DNA of 64,000 nt from Smithellaceae bacterium (GTDB lineage: Bacteria; Desulfobacterota; Syntrophia; Syntrophales; Smithellaceae): assembly GCA_963667845.2 (NCBI GenBank), contig CAXXVL010000002.1, positions 640,001 through 704,000 on the forward strand. The letters are read 5' to 3'. How positions within the stretch are numbered: the stretch's first letter is position 1; each line of letters begins with the position of its first letter. The position numbers were made by a program, and so were the translations under genes. Of the stretch, positions 49,729 through 58,444 are shown one piece after another. The notes beneath the pieces are model-generated. The model was given only the letters and a program-made list of their open reading frames with translations. It ran no database searches and was not told the DNA's origin.

Positions 49729-51546
49729 TCAGTCATTCTCGAATTTTTTGAGCCAGTCAATATCTTTATCCAGGGGGCGTTGCTGCTCTTTATTCAACAG
49801 ATAATTCCCCATAATCAGGTAATCCATATCCGTTCGCATAAAACATAAATAAGCATCTTCGGGTGTGCAGACAATGGGTTCGCCCCGGACGTTGAAGGAG
49901 GTATTGATAACCACCGGAGTACCATACTTTTCACCAAATTGTTTGATCATTTGATAGTAGCGCGGATTTGTTTCTTCCGTCACGGTTTGAACTCTGGCCG
50001 AATAGTCTACATGGGTGACGGCCGGGATCACGGAACGGACCACATGGAGTTTGTCTAAACCAAAATAAGCCTGCTCCTGAAGATTCATTTCTTTTCGAAT
50101 GTCTTCTTTCACCGGCGCAACGAGCAGCATATAAGGACTTTCCCTGTCCAGATCAAAATAATCAGTCACTTTTTCTTTCAGAACACTTGGCGCGAAGGGT
50201 CGAAAACTTTCCCGAAATTTAATTTTCAGGTTCATAATCTCCTGCATTTTAGGCGACCTTGCATCACCGATAATCGATCGGTTTCCCAAAGCCCGCGGCC
50301 CAAACTCCATCCGCCCCTGAAACCACCCGATTGTTTTTTGATCGGCAATTAAATCAGCAATGGTCACCGGAATGCTTTCATCCGGCAGTTCTTGATGAGG
50401 AATATTCTTTGCGAGGAGGTATTGCCTGATCTCATCATTGCTGAAGTCCGGCCCCCAGAAACTCCCCTTCATCACATCTTTTTGTCCATCGGCTGTCCGG
50501 CTATTCTCCAGATATTGGTACCAGGTAAATAACGCGGCTCCCAAGGCACCGCCGGCATCGCCGGCCGCCGGTTGTATCCAGATATTCTCGAAAGGCCCTT
50601 CGCGGAGTATGCGCCCGTTACCAACGCAATTAAGGGCTACACCGCCGGCCAAGCAGAGATTCTTCTGGCCTGTCTCCTGATGGATGTGGCGGCACATCCG
50701 AAGCATGACTTCTTCCGTCACATCTTGTACGGAACGGGCCAGATCCATTTCTCTTTGAGAAATGTTGGATTCCGGCCTTCGCGCAGCCCCACCGAATAGT
50801 TTGTCAAATTTTTTATTGGTCATGGTCAGACCGACGCAGTAATTGAAATACTTCATGTTCAATTTAAAGGAGCCGTCTTCTTTTAGATCAATCAATTCGG
50901 AAAGGATCAAATCCTTGTAAACGGGCCTTCCATAAGGCGCCAATCCCATGACCTTGTACTCTCCGGAATTCACTCTAAATCCCGTATAGTAGGTAAAGGC
51001 GGAATAAAGCAAACCCAGAGAATGAGGAAAACGGATTTCGGAAAGGATCTTGAGGGAATGATTTCGACCGATGCCGTAACTGGTCGTTGTCCATTCGCCC
51101 ACTCCGTCGATAGTGAGAAATGCCGCTTCCGGAAACGGCGAAGGGAAAAAAGCAGCAGCGGCGTGAGATTCATGGTGCTCGGGGAAAATGACCGGACCTT
51201 CAAAATTAAGTTGCTTGGTGATTAATTCTTTCATCCAGAGTTTTTGCTTTATCCACAGGGGAATCGCCATGACAAACGATCGGATGCCCAAAGGGGCATA
51301 AGCCAGATAGGTTTCGAGAATACGCTCGAATTTTATAAAGGGTTTGTCGTAGAAAGAGACAAAATCCAGATCTTCGCCCTTAATTCTTCCCTTCTCCAGA
51401 CAATAGTTTATGGCATGTGCGGGAAAGGCAAAATCATGCTTCTTGCGGGTAAAGCGCTCCTCCTGGGCTGCCGCAATGATAGCTCCATCCCGCACGAGGC
51501 ATGCGGCGCTATCGTGATAAAATGCCGATATTCCTAAAATATTCAT
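49729..51546 (-). CDS. O-carbamoyltransferase (NodU/CmcH/TobZ/SxtI family)
   Basis: ILGISAFYHDSAA, QEERFTRKKHD, HHESHA, DGVGE, EYKVMGLAPYG, EFGPRALGNRS, FRPFAP, NTSFNVRGEPIV. Confidence 0.96.
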   Translation of the reverse strand: MNILGISAFYHDSAACLVRDGAIIAAAQEERFTRKKHDFAFPAHAINYCLEKGRIKGEDLDFVSFYDKPFIKFERILETYLAYAPLGIRSFVMAIPLWIKQKLWMKELITKQLNFEGPVIFPEHHESHAAAAFFPSPFPEAAFLTIDGVGEWTTTSYGIGRNHSLKILSEIRFPHSLGLLYSAFTYYTGFRVNSGEYKVMGLAPYGRPVYKDLILSELIDLKEDGSFKLNMKYFNYCVGLTMTNKKFDKLFGGAARRPESNISQREMDLARSVQDVTEEVMLRMCRHIHQETGQKNLCLAGGVALNCVGNGRILREGPFENIWIQPAAGDAGGALGAALFTWYQYLENSRTADGQKDVMKGSFWGPDFSNDEIRQYLLAKNIPHQELPDESIPVTIADLIADQKTIGWFQGRMEFGPRALGNRSIIGDARSPKMQEIMNLKIKFRESFRPFAPSVLKEKVTDYFDLDRESPYMLLVAPVKEDIRKEMNLQEQAYFGLDKLHVVRSVIPAVTHVDYSARVQTVTEETNPRYYQMIKQFGEKYGTPVVINTSFNVRGEPIVCTPEDAYLCFMRTDMDYLIMGNYLLNKEQQRPLDKDIDWLKKFEND

Positions 51547-51642
51547 TTTGTCTTAATGAACCGATCCTTATAAACTTCGGATGAAAAGTGTATTCTTCTT
51601 TACCCGATCAAATTCCTTTTACATTCAAATCCAGGACCAACT

Positions 51643-53289
51643 TTATGACTTCCCGACGGATACGATTTCTATCAGTGATGGATCATACTCTTCCGGTTTC
51701 TCATATCCCAGGAGATTCAGGAGAGTCGCCGCAATATTGGACAGCCCTTTTTCCTGGAGATCCGCCATCCGGTATTCGCCGCGATAGAGGGGATCATAAA
51801 TAATAAAGGGGACCGGATTCAGGCTATGTGCTGTCTTGACTGATTTTGCGCCCTTTTTGTCGATCGTGAACATCTCATCCGCGTTTCCATGGTCCGCAGT
51901 GATGACGGCAATGCCTCCTATCTCTTTTACGACGTCCAGCAGTTCTCCAACGCATTGATCCGCTGTCTGGACCGCGACGATAGCAGCATCCATCATCCCT
52001 GTATGTCCGACCATATCCCCGTTCGGGAAGTTGAGCCTTCCGAATCTGTAATTGCCGGTCTTGAGAAGGCCGATAACCGTATCCGTTATCTCCTGGGCCT
52101 TCATCTTCGGGGCACGGTCAAACTCTATCCTGTCGGAAGGTATTTCCACATATTTTTCAATCGATTCATCGATATAACCGGAACGGTTGCCGTTCCAGAA
52201 GTAAGTAACATGGCCGAACTTCTGCGTCTCGGATACGGCAAAAGTTTTTACCTTTTCCGCACAAAGGTACTCGCTGATGACGCGATCGATGGCCGGGGGT
52301 TGCACAAGAAAATGGGGTGGTATATGGGCATCCCCGTCATACTCCATCATTCCCGCATAAAATATATCAGGAAGAGAGCCCCTGTCAAATTGGGTAAATT
52401 CCTTTTCGGAGAAGGCCCTTGATATCTCAATAGCGCGGTCGCCCCGGAAGTTGAAAAAGATAACTGCATCCCCGTCCTGGATCGTCCCGATGGGCGTCCC
52501 CGAGGCATCGGCTATGACAAATGCGGGCAGATACTGGTCAGTAGCTTTCGAGTCTTCTTCATAAAAGGTCCTCACTGCCTCAGAAGCAGACGGGAACTTC
52601 CTGCCCTTTCCCAGGACATGGGCCTCCCATCCCCTCTTAACAATATTCCAGTCGGAATTGTACCTGTCCATCGTTACCTTCATGCGTCCGCCGCCTGAAG
52701 CAATAGCGTAGTCAAGCCCTTTTTCTTCCGAAATCGTTTTCAGTTTTTCCTCTGTGGGAATAATGTAATCAAGCGCTGTCTTCTCCCCCACGTCCCTTCC
52801 ATCAAGAAGGGCATGGATCCTGACTCTTTTGAAATCGAGCTCTACGCACTTATCGATCATGGTGAACAGCTGCTCAATATGGGAATGGACGTTCCCGTCC
52901 GATAACAGCCCGATAAAATGGACCGTCCCTCCTCTTTGGGAACGCCTTACTATATTATCCCAGGCCTCGGACTGAAAGATTCTTCCGGTCGCGAGCGCCG
53001 CATTGACGAGACGCGCGCCCTGGTCAAAAACCCTGCCGGCTCCCATCGCGTTGTGTCCTACCTCGCTGTTTCCCATATCATCATCTGAGGGCAGTCCCAC
53101 GGCCTTACCGTGAGCCTTCAGTTGTGTGAATAGATCAGATTTAGACAATTGATCGAGGTTCGGTGTATTGGCCCTGTATACGGCATTCGAATCATCTGCC
53201 TTGCCTATTCCTATGCCGTCCATGATAATTAACAGCAAGGGCCCTTTTCTGCCATGAAAGGATTTTAGTTTATCGAGATGTAATGGCAT
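51643..53289 (-). CDS. gpmI: 2,3-bisphosphoglycerate-independent phosphoglycerate mutase
   Basis: MGNSEVGH, SDGNVHSH, NFRGDRA, ETQKFGHVT, DMVGHTG, TADHGN. Confidence 0.96.
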   Translation of the reverse strand: MPLHLDKLKSFHGRKGPLLLIIMDGIGIGKADDSNAVYRANTPNLDQLSKSDLFTQLKAHGKAVGLPSDDDMGNSEVGHNAMGAGRVFDQGARLVNAALATGRIFQSEAWDNIVRRSQRGGTVHFIGLLSDGNVHSHIEQLFTMIDKCVELDFKRVRIHALLDGRDVGEKTALDYIIPTEEKLKTISEEKGLDYAIASGGGRMKVTMDRYNSDWNIVKRGWEAHVLGKGRKFPSASEAVRTFYEEDSKATDQYLPAFVIADASGTPIGTIQDGDAVIFFNFRGDRAIEISRAFSEKEFTQFDRGSLPDIFYAGMMEYDGDAHIPPHFLVQPPAIDRVISEYLCAEKVKTFAVSETQKFGHVTYFWNGNRSGYIDESIEKYVEIPSDRIEFDRAPKMKAQEITDTVIGLLKTGNYRFGRLNFPNGDMVGHTGMMDAAIVAVQTADQCVGELLDVVKEIGGIAVITADHGNADEMFTIDKKGAKSVKTAHSLNPVPFIIYDPLYRGEYRMADLQEKGLSNIAATLLNLLGYEKPEEYDPSLIEIVSVGKS

Positions 53290-53315
53290 TGAACTACTCC
53301 TTCTGTTTAGCCTGA

Positions 53316-53434
53316 TAGACTGTAGACTGTTAGGCTATTAGGTCTGCTTTGTGGCCTCTGGCGTTATTCTTTTTCAGGATGACGGCGCTTCGCGCCGCAC
53401 CTCTTAACCTAACAGTCTACAGCCTAATAGTCTA
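53316..53434. repeat. Inverted arrays of 7-8-bp units (TAGACTG/TAGGCTAT) flanking a GC hairpin
   Basis: tagactgtagactgttaggctattagg (53316-53342) versus cctaacagtctacagcctaatagtcta (53408-53434). Confidence 0.65.
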
Positions 53435-54214
53435 CTTACCTATAAAATTGGGTTTCCTCTTTTCCAGAAACGCCTTCATGCCTTCTTTTTGATCCTGCGT
53501 GCTGAAGCATTGAGAAATCGCGGAGAGTTCCAATTTGACACCACCTTCAAGCGACATATCAAAGCCGTAATTCATGGCGTTTTTGGCCATCTTGAGCGCA
53601 AAACCTGGAAGCGCTGCAAATTTTTTCGCCATTTTTCGCGCCTCTTCCAACAGATTGATCAGTGGTACCACTTTATTGACCAGCCCGATTTCATAGGCGC
53701 GTTGCGCGTTGATCTGACTGCCTGTTAAGATCAGTTCTTTGGCAATCCCCATTCCAACGAGCCTGGGCAAACGCTGAGTACCACCCCAGCCGGGAAGTAT
53801 GCCGATCAGAATTTCCGGTTGACCGAACATGGCATTTTCTGCGGCAAGCCGGATGTCACAGGCCAGGGCGATCTCCGTCCCGCCGCCCAGGGCAAAACCG
53901 TTGACCGCCGCAATAGAAGGTTTATTCATCGTCTCCAGAAAACGGAGTGTCTCTTGCCCCAGCTCCATCAGTTTCATGATATCCACCGGTGTCGCATTCT
54001 GCATTTGTGAAATGTCCGCACCCGCCACGAATGCCTTTTCGCCGGCGCCGGTAAGAATTAACGCCTTGACAGCATCATCCTGGTCGCAGGTTTTCAGCAC
54101 ATGAGCCAGCTCGCTCATGACGTCATAACTCATCGCATTCAAAACCTTGGGGCGATTGAATGTTATCTTCGCCACACCGTCTTCAATCTGGAAAAGTATG
54201 TGCTGGTAGTCCAT
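53432..54214 (-). CDS. Enoyl-CoA hydratase (crotonase family)
   Basis: NRPKVLNA, AFVAGADI, ALGGGTE, FGQPE, PGWGGTQRL. Confidence 0.93.
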   Translation of the reverse strand: MDYQHILFQIEDGVAKITFNRPKVLNAMSYDVMSELAHVLKTCDQDDAVKALILTGAGEKAFVAGADISQMQNATPVDIMKLMELGQETLRFLETMNKPSIAAVNGFALGGGTEIALACDIRLAAENAMFGQPEILIGILPGWGGTQRLPRLVGMGIAKELILTGSQINAQRAYEIGLVNKVVPLINLLEEARKMAKKFAALPGFALKMAKNAMNYGFDMSLEGGVKLELSAISQCFSTQDQKEGMKAFLEKRKPNFIGK

Positions 54215-54238
54215 CGATGTTCACTCCTTTGAAAGTGA

Positions 54239-54268
54239 AAGAGCCCTTTCCTTGCAGATCGGGCTCTT
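54239..54268 (-). terminator. Hairpin downstream of the Fe-S oxidoreductase gene
   Basis: aagagccc ... gggctctt. Confidence 0.4.
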
Positions 54269-54303
54269 CATTAGTTCAGATTATCAGTCCAGATGATGCC
54301 GCA

Positions 54304-56451
54304 TTAAACGGCGCAAGTATCAACAGGCGGTTTAACCTCTTCCTTGCCCATTGCCTTGACAACCAGCTCGGCCAGATCCCACGCTTGCATGGTCTCCGTC
54401 ATCTGTTGATCCTTGATGCCGTCGGACATCATGGTGAGACAGAATGGACAGCCCACTGCAATCGTGTCGGCCTTGACGGCGATCGCCTGCTTGGTGCGTG
54501 CATTGTTGATTCGCTCCCCGATATCTTCTTCCATCCACATTCTCGCGCCGCCCGCGCCGCAGCAGAAACTCTTGTCGAGATTGCGTTCCATTTCCACAAG
54601 CTCGAGGCCGGGAATGGCTTTCAAAATCTGACGCGGCTGGTCATAGATATTATTGTAGCGGCCGAGGAAGCAGGAATCGTGATAGACAAACGTGCCCGGC
54701 AAAGACTGGGTTAATTTGATCTTGCCGTCAGCAATCAGTTTAGCGATGATTTCGGTGTGGTGATACACTTCAAAATTGCCGCCGAAGTTCGGGTAATCTT
54801 TCTTCAAGCAGTTATAGCCGTGCGGGCAGATGGCGATGATTTTCTTCACACCATAGCCGTTCATGATGTCAATATTGGTTTGAGCCAGTGTTTGGAAAAG
54901 ATACTCATTACCGGCACGCATCGCGGAATCACCGCAGCAGCCTTCTTCATTGCCCAGAATACCGAAGCTGACACCGGCTTCCTGTAAAATCTTCGCAAAG
55001 GCGATGGATATTTTTTTGCCGCGGTCATCAAATGAACCGGAGCAACCCACGTAGAACAGATATTCCACACCGGGGTCTTCAGCAAGAGTCTTGACGCCCA
55101 GCTCTTTGGCCCAATCCCCACGCATGTGCGCACCGATGCCCCAGGGATTGGAGTTGTTTTCCATATTGCGGCAGGTCAACTGCAGTTCCGGAGCGAAGTC
55201 CGCTTCGGTCAAGACTTTGTAACGACGCATATCAATGATCTTTGGCACATGTTCAATCGACGCCGAACAATGCTCCATGCAGTACATACAGTTGGTGCAG
55301 GACCACAGTTCATGCAGGTCAATTACTTCACCGACCAGGGCTTTTCCTGTCGCTTCTTCGTCGGCTGCCGGGGCCGGAGCTTCGCCTTTAACGGCAGCCA
55401 GCTTCGCAGCCATCTTCGCCATCAGGGGATCCAGTGGAACTTTTTCCAGCCAGTGTGTTTTAATATCCTGAACAACTTTTTTCGGAGACAAGGGTTTACC
55501 GGTCAGATATGCCGGACAACCGTCCTGACAACGTCCGCAACGCGTGCAGGCGTCGGAATCAAAAATTTGTTTCCAGGTGAATTCCTCCAATTTGCCGACA
55601 CCAAAGGCTTCCGCATTTTCAAAATCACGGATCGGTTCAATGAAACCTGTCGGTTTGAATGTTTTGAGGAAATGGTTCGCCGGGGTTGTGATGATGTGCA
55701 TCAGCCGCGAATACGGAATATAGGCAATGAATCCTAACGCAAAGAAGACATGCACCCACCAGGATACTTTATGCAGAATTCTTGCAGTGTCATAATCGAC
55801 GCCCGTAAACGTGCGCGACAAGAGCCAACCGACAAAGGACCAGCCTTCCCAGGGAGGATTGGTCACGTAAATGCGCAAGCCTTCGATGACGAAGCCGGTA
55901 GCGATAATGCCGGCAATGAGCAGCAGAACAATGACGTCATCCGGAGTGTTGTCGATTTCACCTTTGTAACCCAGCCGATCCGGCTTTTTTACAAACCGCC
56001 GGTCGAGCGCGAGGGCAACACCGACCAGAACAAATAGTCCAAACAAATCCATTAAGAATGAAAAACCAAGATAAAAGTTGCCGCGCAGGAATGACCAGTT
56101 GAATAGCGGCTCGGTGACGTGAAATTCACCGGCGTCAAAAGCGGCTCCGAAAATCAAAACAAAAAAACCGAAAAAGATTAAGCCGTGCATGATTCCCGGA
56201 TAAGGATCTTTCAAGACTTTCTTCTGCAGGAAGACCTCTTGAAGAACCGTCTTGACTCTTTCCTTCATATTGTCCAGGCGCATCTCCGGTTTGCCCATGG
56301 CTTTCCACATGAGCCAGCGGCGATAGATGCCGTAAGCCATAATAGCCACGGCGACCGCAGTGAGCAAAAAGAGTATCGGCTCAAAATGCTGAGCGTTCCA
56401 AAAAATTTCCCGACCTTCGTTTCCTATTCCTATTGGGCTTGCGTGTTCCAT
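54304..56451 (-). CDS. Membrane-bound ETF:(methyl)menaquinone oxidoreductase (DUF224/FadF-like heme b, Fe-S and CCG-domain protein)
   Basis: TM N-terminal half with His residues; CTRCGRCQDGCP, CTNCMYCMEHC, two CCG domains; follows etfBA. Confidence 0.88.
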   Translation of the reverse strand: MEHASPIGIGNEGREIFWNAQHFEPILFLLTAVAVAIMAYGIYRRWLMWKAMGKPEMRLDNMKERVKTVLQEVFLQKKVLKDPYPGIMHGLIFFGFFVLIFGAAFDAGEFHVTEPLFNWSFLRGNFYLGFSFLMDLFGLFVLVGVALALDRRFVKKPDRLGYKGEIDNTPDDVIVLLLIAGIIATGFVIEGLRIYVTNPPWEGWSFVGWLLSRTFTGVDYDTARILHKVSWWVHVFFALGFIAYIPYSRLMHIITTPANHFLKTFKPTGFIEPIRDFENAEAFGVGKLEEFTWKQIFDSDACTRCGRCQDGCPAYLTGKPLSPKKVVQDIKTHWLEKVPLDPLMAKMAAKLAAVKGEAPAPAADEEATGKALVGEVIDLHELWSCTNCMYCMEHCSASIEHVPKIIDMRRYKVLTEADFAPELQLTCRNMENNSNPWGIGAHMRGDWAKELGVKTLAEDPGVEYLFYVGCSGSFDDRGKKISIAFAKILQEAGVSFGILGNEEGCCGDSAMRAGNEYLFQTLAQTNIDIMNGYGVKKIIAICPHGYNCLKKDYPNFGGNFEVYHHTEIIAKLIADGKIKLTQSLPGTFVYHDSCFLGRYNNIYDQPRQILKAIPGLELVEMERNLDKSFCCGAGGARMWMEEDIGERINNARTKQAIAVKADTIAVGCPFCLTMMSDGIKDQQMTETMQAWDLAELVVKAMGKEEVKPPVDTCAV

Positions 56452-56508
56452 TGATCCTCCGAAATATTGAGGGGTAATTGCTTTCTATAGTGTTCAGTTC
56501 AGTAAATA

Positions 56509-56544
56509 TGAGGTCTTTGCCTTTCGAAAAAGGCAAAGACCTCA
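56509..56544 (-). terminator. 16-bp perfect stem-loop after etfA
   Basis: tgaggtctttgccttt-cgaa-aaaggcaaagacctca. Confidence 0.65.
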
Positions 56545-56552
56545 GCGTTTAT

Positions 56553-57530
56553 TTATGCAACAAGTTTCTTGCAAACGGCTGTCAATTCGGGAACGACCTT
56601 GAACAGATCATCCACCACACCGTAATCCGCTTTCGTAAAGATGGGGGCTTCCGCATCTTTATTGATGGCGACGATGCACTTGGATGAGCTCATGCCGGCC
56701 AGATGCTGAATTGCTCCGGAAATACCGCAGGCAATGTACAGGTTCGGGGAAACGACCTTACCGGTCTGTCCGACCTGATCTTTCTGGGGACGCCAGCCGG
56801 CATCAACTGCCGCGCGGGACGCACCGACCGTTCCTTTAAGGACTTCGGCCAGTTCTTCCAGAATCGGGAATCCTTCGGGGCCTTTCATGCCGCGGCCACC
56901 GGAAACGATCACGTTGGCTTCCGTCAAATCGACTTTGCCGCTCGTGTCTTTCTGAACTTCCAGAATCTTGCTCTTGATGGAGGCTGCATCGACTGCCGCA
57001 TCCACCTTCACCACGGCGCCGGCTTTGGCATTTTCAGCCGCCGGAAACACGTTGGGACGCAGGGAGGCCATCGCCGGTGTCGAGCTGGTGACGATTTCGC
57101 CGAAGCACTTGCCTGCATACATGGGACGGATGGCGACAAATTTTCCACCATCAATCTTGACATCGGTACAATCCGTGGCAAGACCCGTGGCCAATTTTGC
57201 GGCCACGCGTGAAGACAGATCCTTACCCTGGACCGACGCGCCTAAAAGCAGGATCGCCGGATCATTTTCTTTAACCACTTTGGCAACCACAGCTGCATGC
57301 GCTTCGGTGATATAGGGTTCCATGGCGGCATTGTCGCCGACGAAAACTTTATCCACACCGTATTTGCCGAGCTCGGCGGCCAAACCTTCTATCCCTGCAC
57401 CAAGCAGAATGGCGCTGACTTCATCGCCGGTCTGGTCGGCAAGCTTGCGGGCTGTCGAGGCCAGTTCCAGGCTGATTTTCCTGAGCGCGCCGTCCCGCTG
57501 TTCTGCTACTATCATGACTCCTTTTGCCAT
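56553..57530 (-). CDS. etfA: Electron transfer flavoprotein alpha subunit
   Basis: VSGGRG, GASRAAVDAGW, QVGQTGK, GISGAIQHLAGM, INKD. Confidence 0.96.
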   Translation of the reverse strand: MAKGVMIVAEQRDGALRKISLELASTARKLADQTGDEVSAILLGAGIEGLAAELGKYGVDKVFVGDNAAMEPYITEAHAAVVAKVVKENDPAILLLGASVQGKDLSSRVAAKLATGLATDCTDVKIDGGKFVAIRPMYAGKCFGEIVTSSTPAMASLRPNVFPAAENAKAGAVVKVDAAVDAASIKSKILEVQKDTSGKVDLTEANVIVSGGRGMKGPEGFPILEELAEVLKGTVGASRAAVDAGWRPQKDQVGQTGKVVSPNLYIACGISGAIQHLAGMSSSKCIVAINKDAEAPIFTKADYGVVDDLFKVVPELTAVCKKLVA

Positions 57531-57552
57531 TTTTCATTCCTCCGCTTCTTAA

Positions 57553-58323
57553 TTAAATAGCTTTTGCTTCTTCTCTGAGTAACCGGCCTAATTCCGCCGC
57601 CTTTTGCGCGGGCTCATCTCCGCAGATAATCTTTCCGGGAGGTCTGGCCGGAGGTGGAATGGTTTTGGCTACTTTGGCCTTCGCGTCGGTGGCAGTGCCA
57701 ACGGCGGCGGCATTTTTCACATCAACCGGTTTCTTCTTCGCTTTCATGATGCCGGGCAGCGAAGCGTAACGCGGTTCATTGAGACCCTTCTGGCATGTGA
57801 CAACGCAGGGCAGTGCTGTTTCAATCAGAAGCTGTGCGCCTTCAATGGGACGAATCACTTTGACTGAGGAACCGGCGAAATCCAGTTTGGTCACCAGAGT
57901 CAACTGCGGCAGCCCCAGGGCTTCAGCCAGCATGGAACCTACCTGTCCCGAGTCATCATCAATGGCGCGCTGTCCACAGAAGATAATGTCATGGGGCAGA
58001 GCTTTAATGACCGCGGCCAGAGCGTTGGCAACAACAAACGCATCGGCGTTGTCAAAAGCGGGATCACAGATGTGCACACCCTTATCCGCACCCATGGCCA
58101 GAGCCGTCCGGATGGTTTCCATCGCCCTTGCGGGACCGACGCAAACAACCGTGACATCGCCGCCATTCTTCTCTTTCAGCTTCAGTGCTTCTTCCACACC
58201 AAATTCATCATAGGGGTTCATGACCCACTTGATTTGGCCTTCCTCGATACCCGACCCGTCAGCTTTTACCTTGATCTGTGCTTCGGTGTCCGGCACTTGC
58301 TTCACGCATGCAATAATATTCAC
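57553..58323 (-). CDS. etfB: Electron transfer flavoprotein beta subunit
   Basis: CVKQVPD, NPYDEFGVEEAL, ALAMGAD, GQRAIDDD, NEPRY; GTG 58323 is best spaced from the SD GGAGG. Confidence 0.96.
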   Translation of the reverse strand: MNIIACVKQVPDTEAQIKVKADGSGIEEGQIKWVMNPYDEFGVEEALKLKEKNGGDVTVVCVGPARAMETIRTALAMGADKGVHICDPAFDNADAFVVANALAAVIKALPHDIIFCGQRAIDDDSGQVGSMLAEALGLPQLTLVTKLDFAGSSVKVIRPIEGAQLLIETALPCVVTCQKGLNEPRYASLPGIMKAKKKPVDVKNAAAVGTATDAKAKVAKTIPPPARPPGKIICGDEPAQKAAELGRLLREEAKAI

Positions 58324-58404
58324 TGTCAAAAACCTCCTTCTCCTGCACGTCGCCGCAGATGGGTGATTCGTGCATTTAAAATTTTCTTCTTACCACTATT
58401 CTAT

Positions 58405-58440
58405 AAAAACGCCCGATTCTCTCGGAGAGAACCGGGCGTT
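58405..58440 (-). terminator. Rho-independent terminator after acs
   Basis: acgcccg-attctctcggagagaac-cgggcgt stem followed by a T-run on the minus strand. Confidence 0.7.
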
Positions 58441-58444
58441 CGTA

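Noticed and set aside
47852..51546. Saxitoxin biosynthesis cluster
   Set aside because: Only sxtI/J/K/L-like genes are present. No sxtA, sxtG or other core genes are seen, and the context is cell-envelope glycan synthesis.
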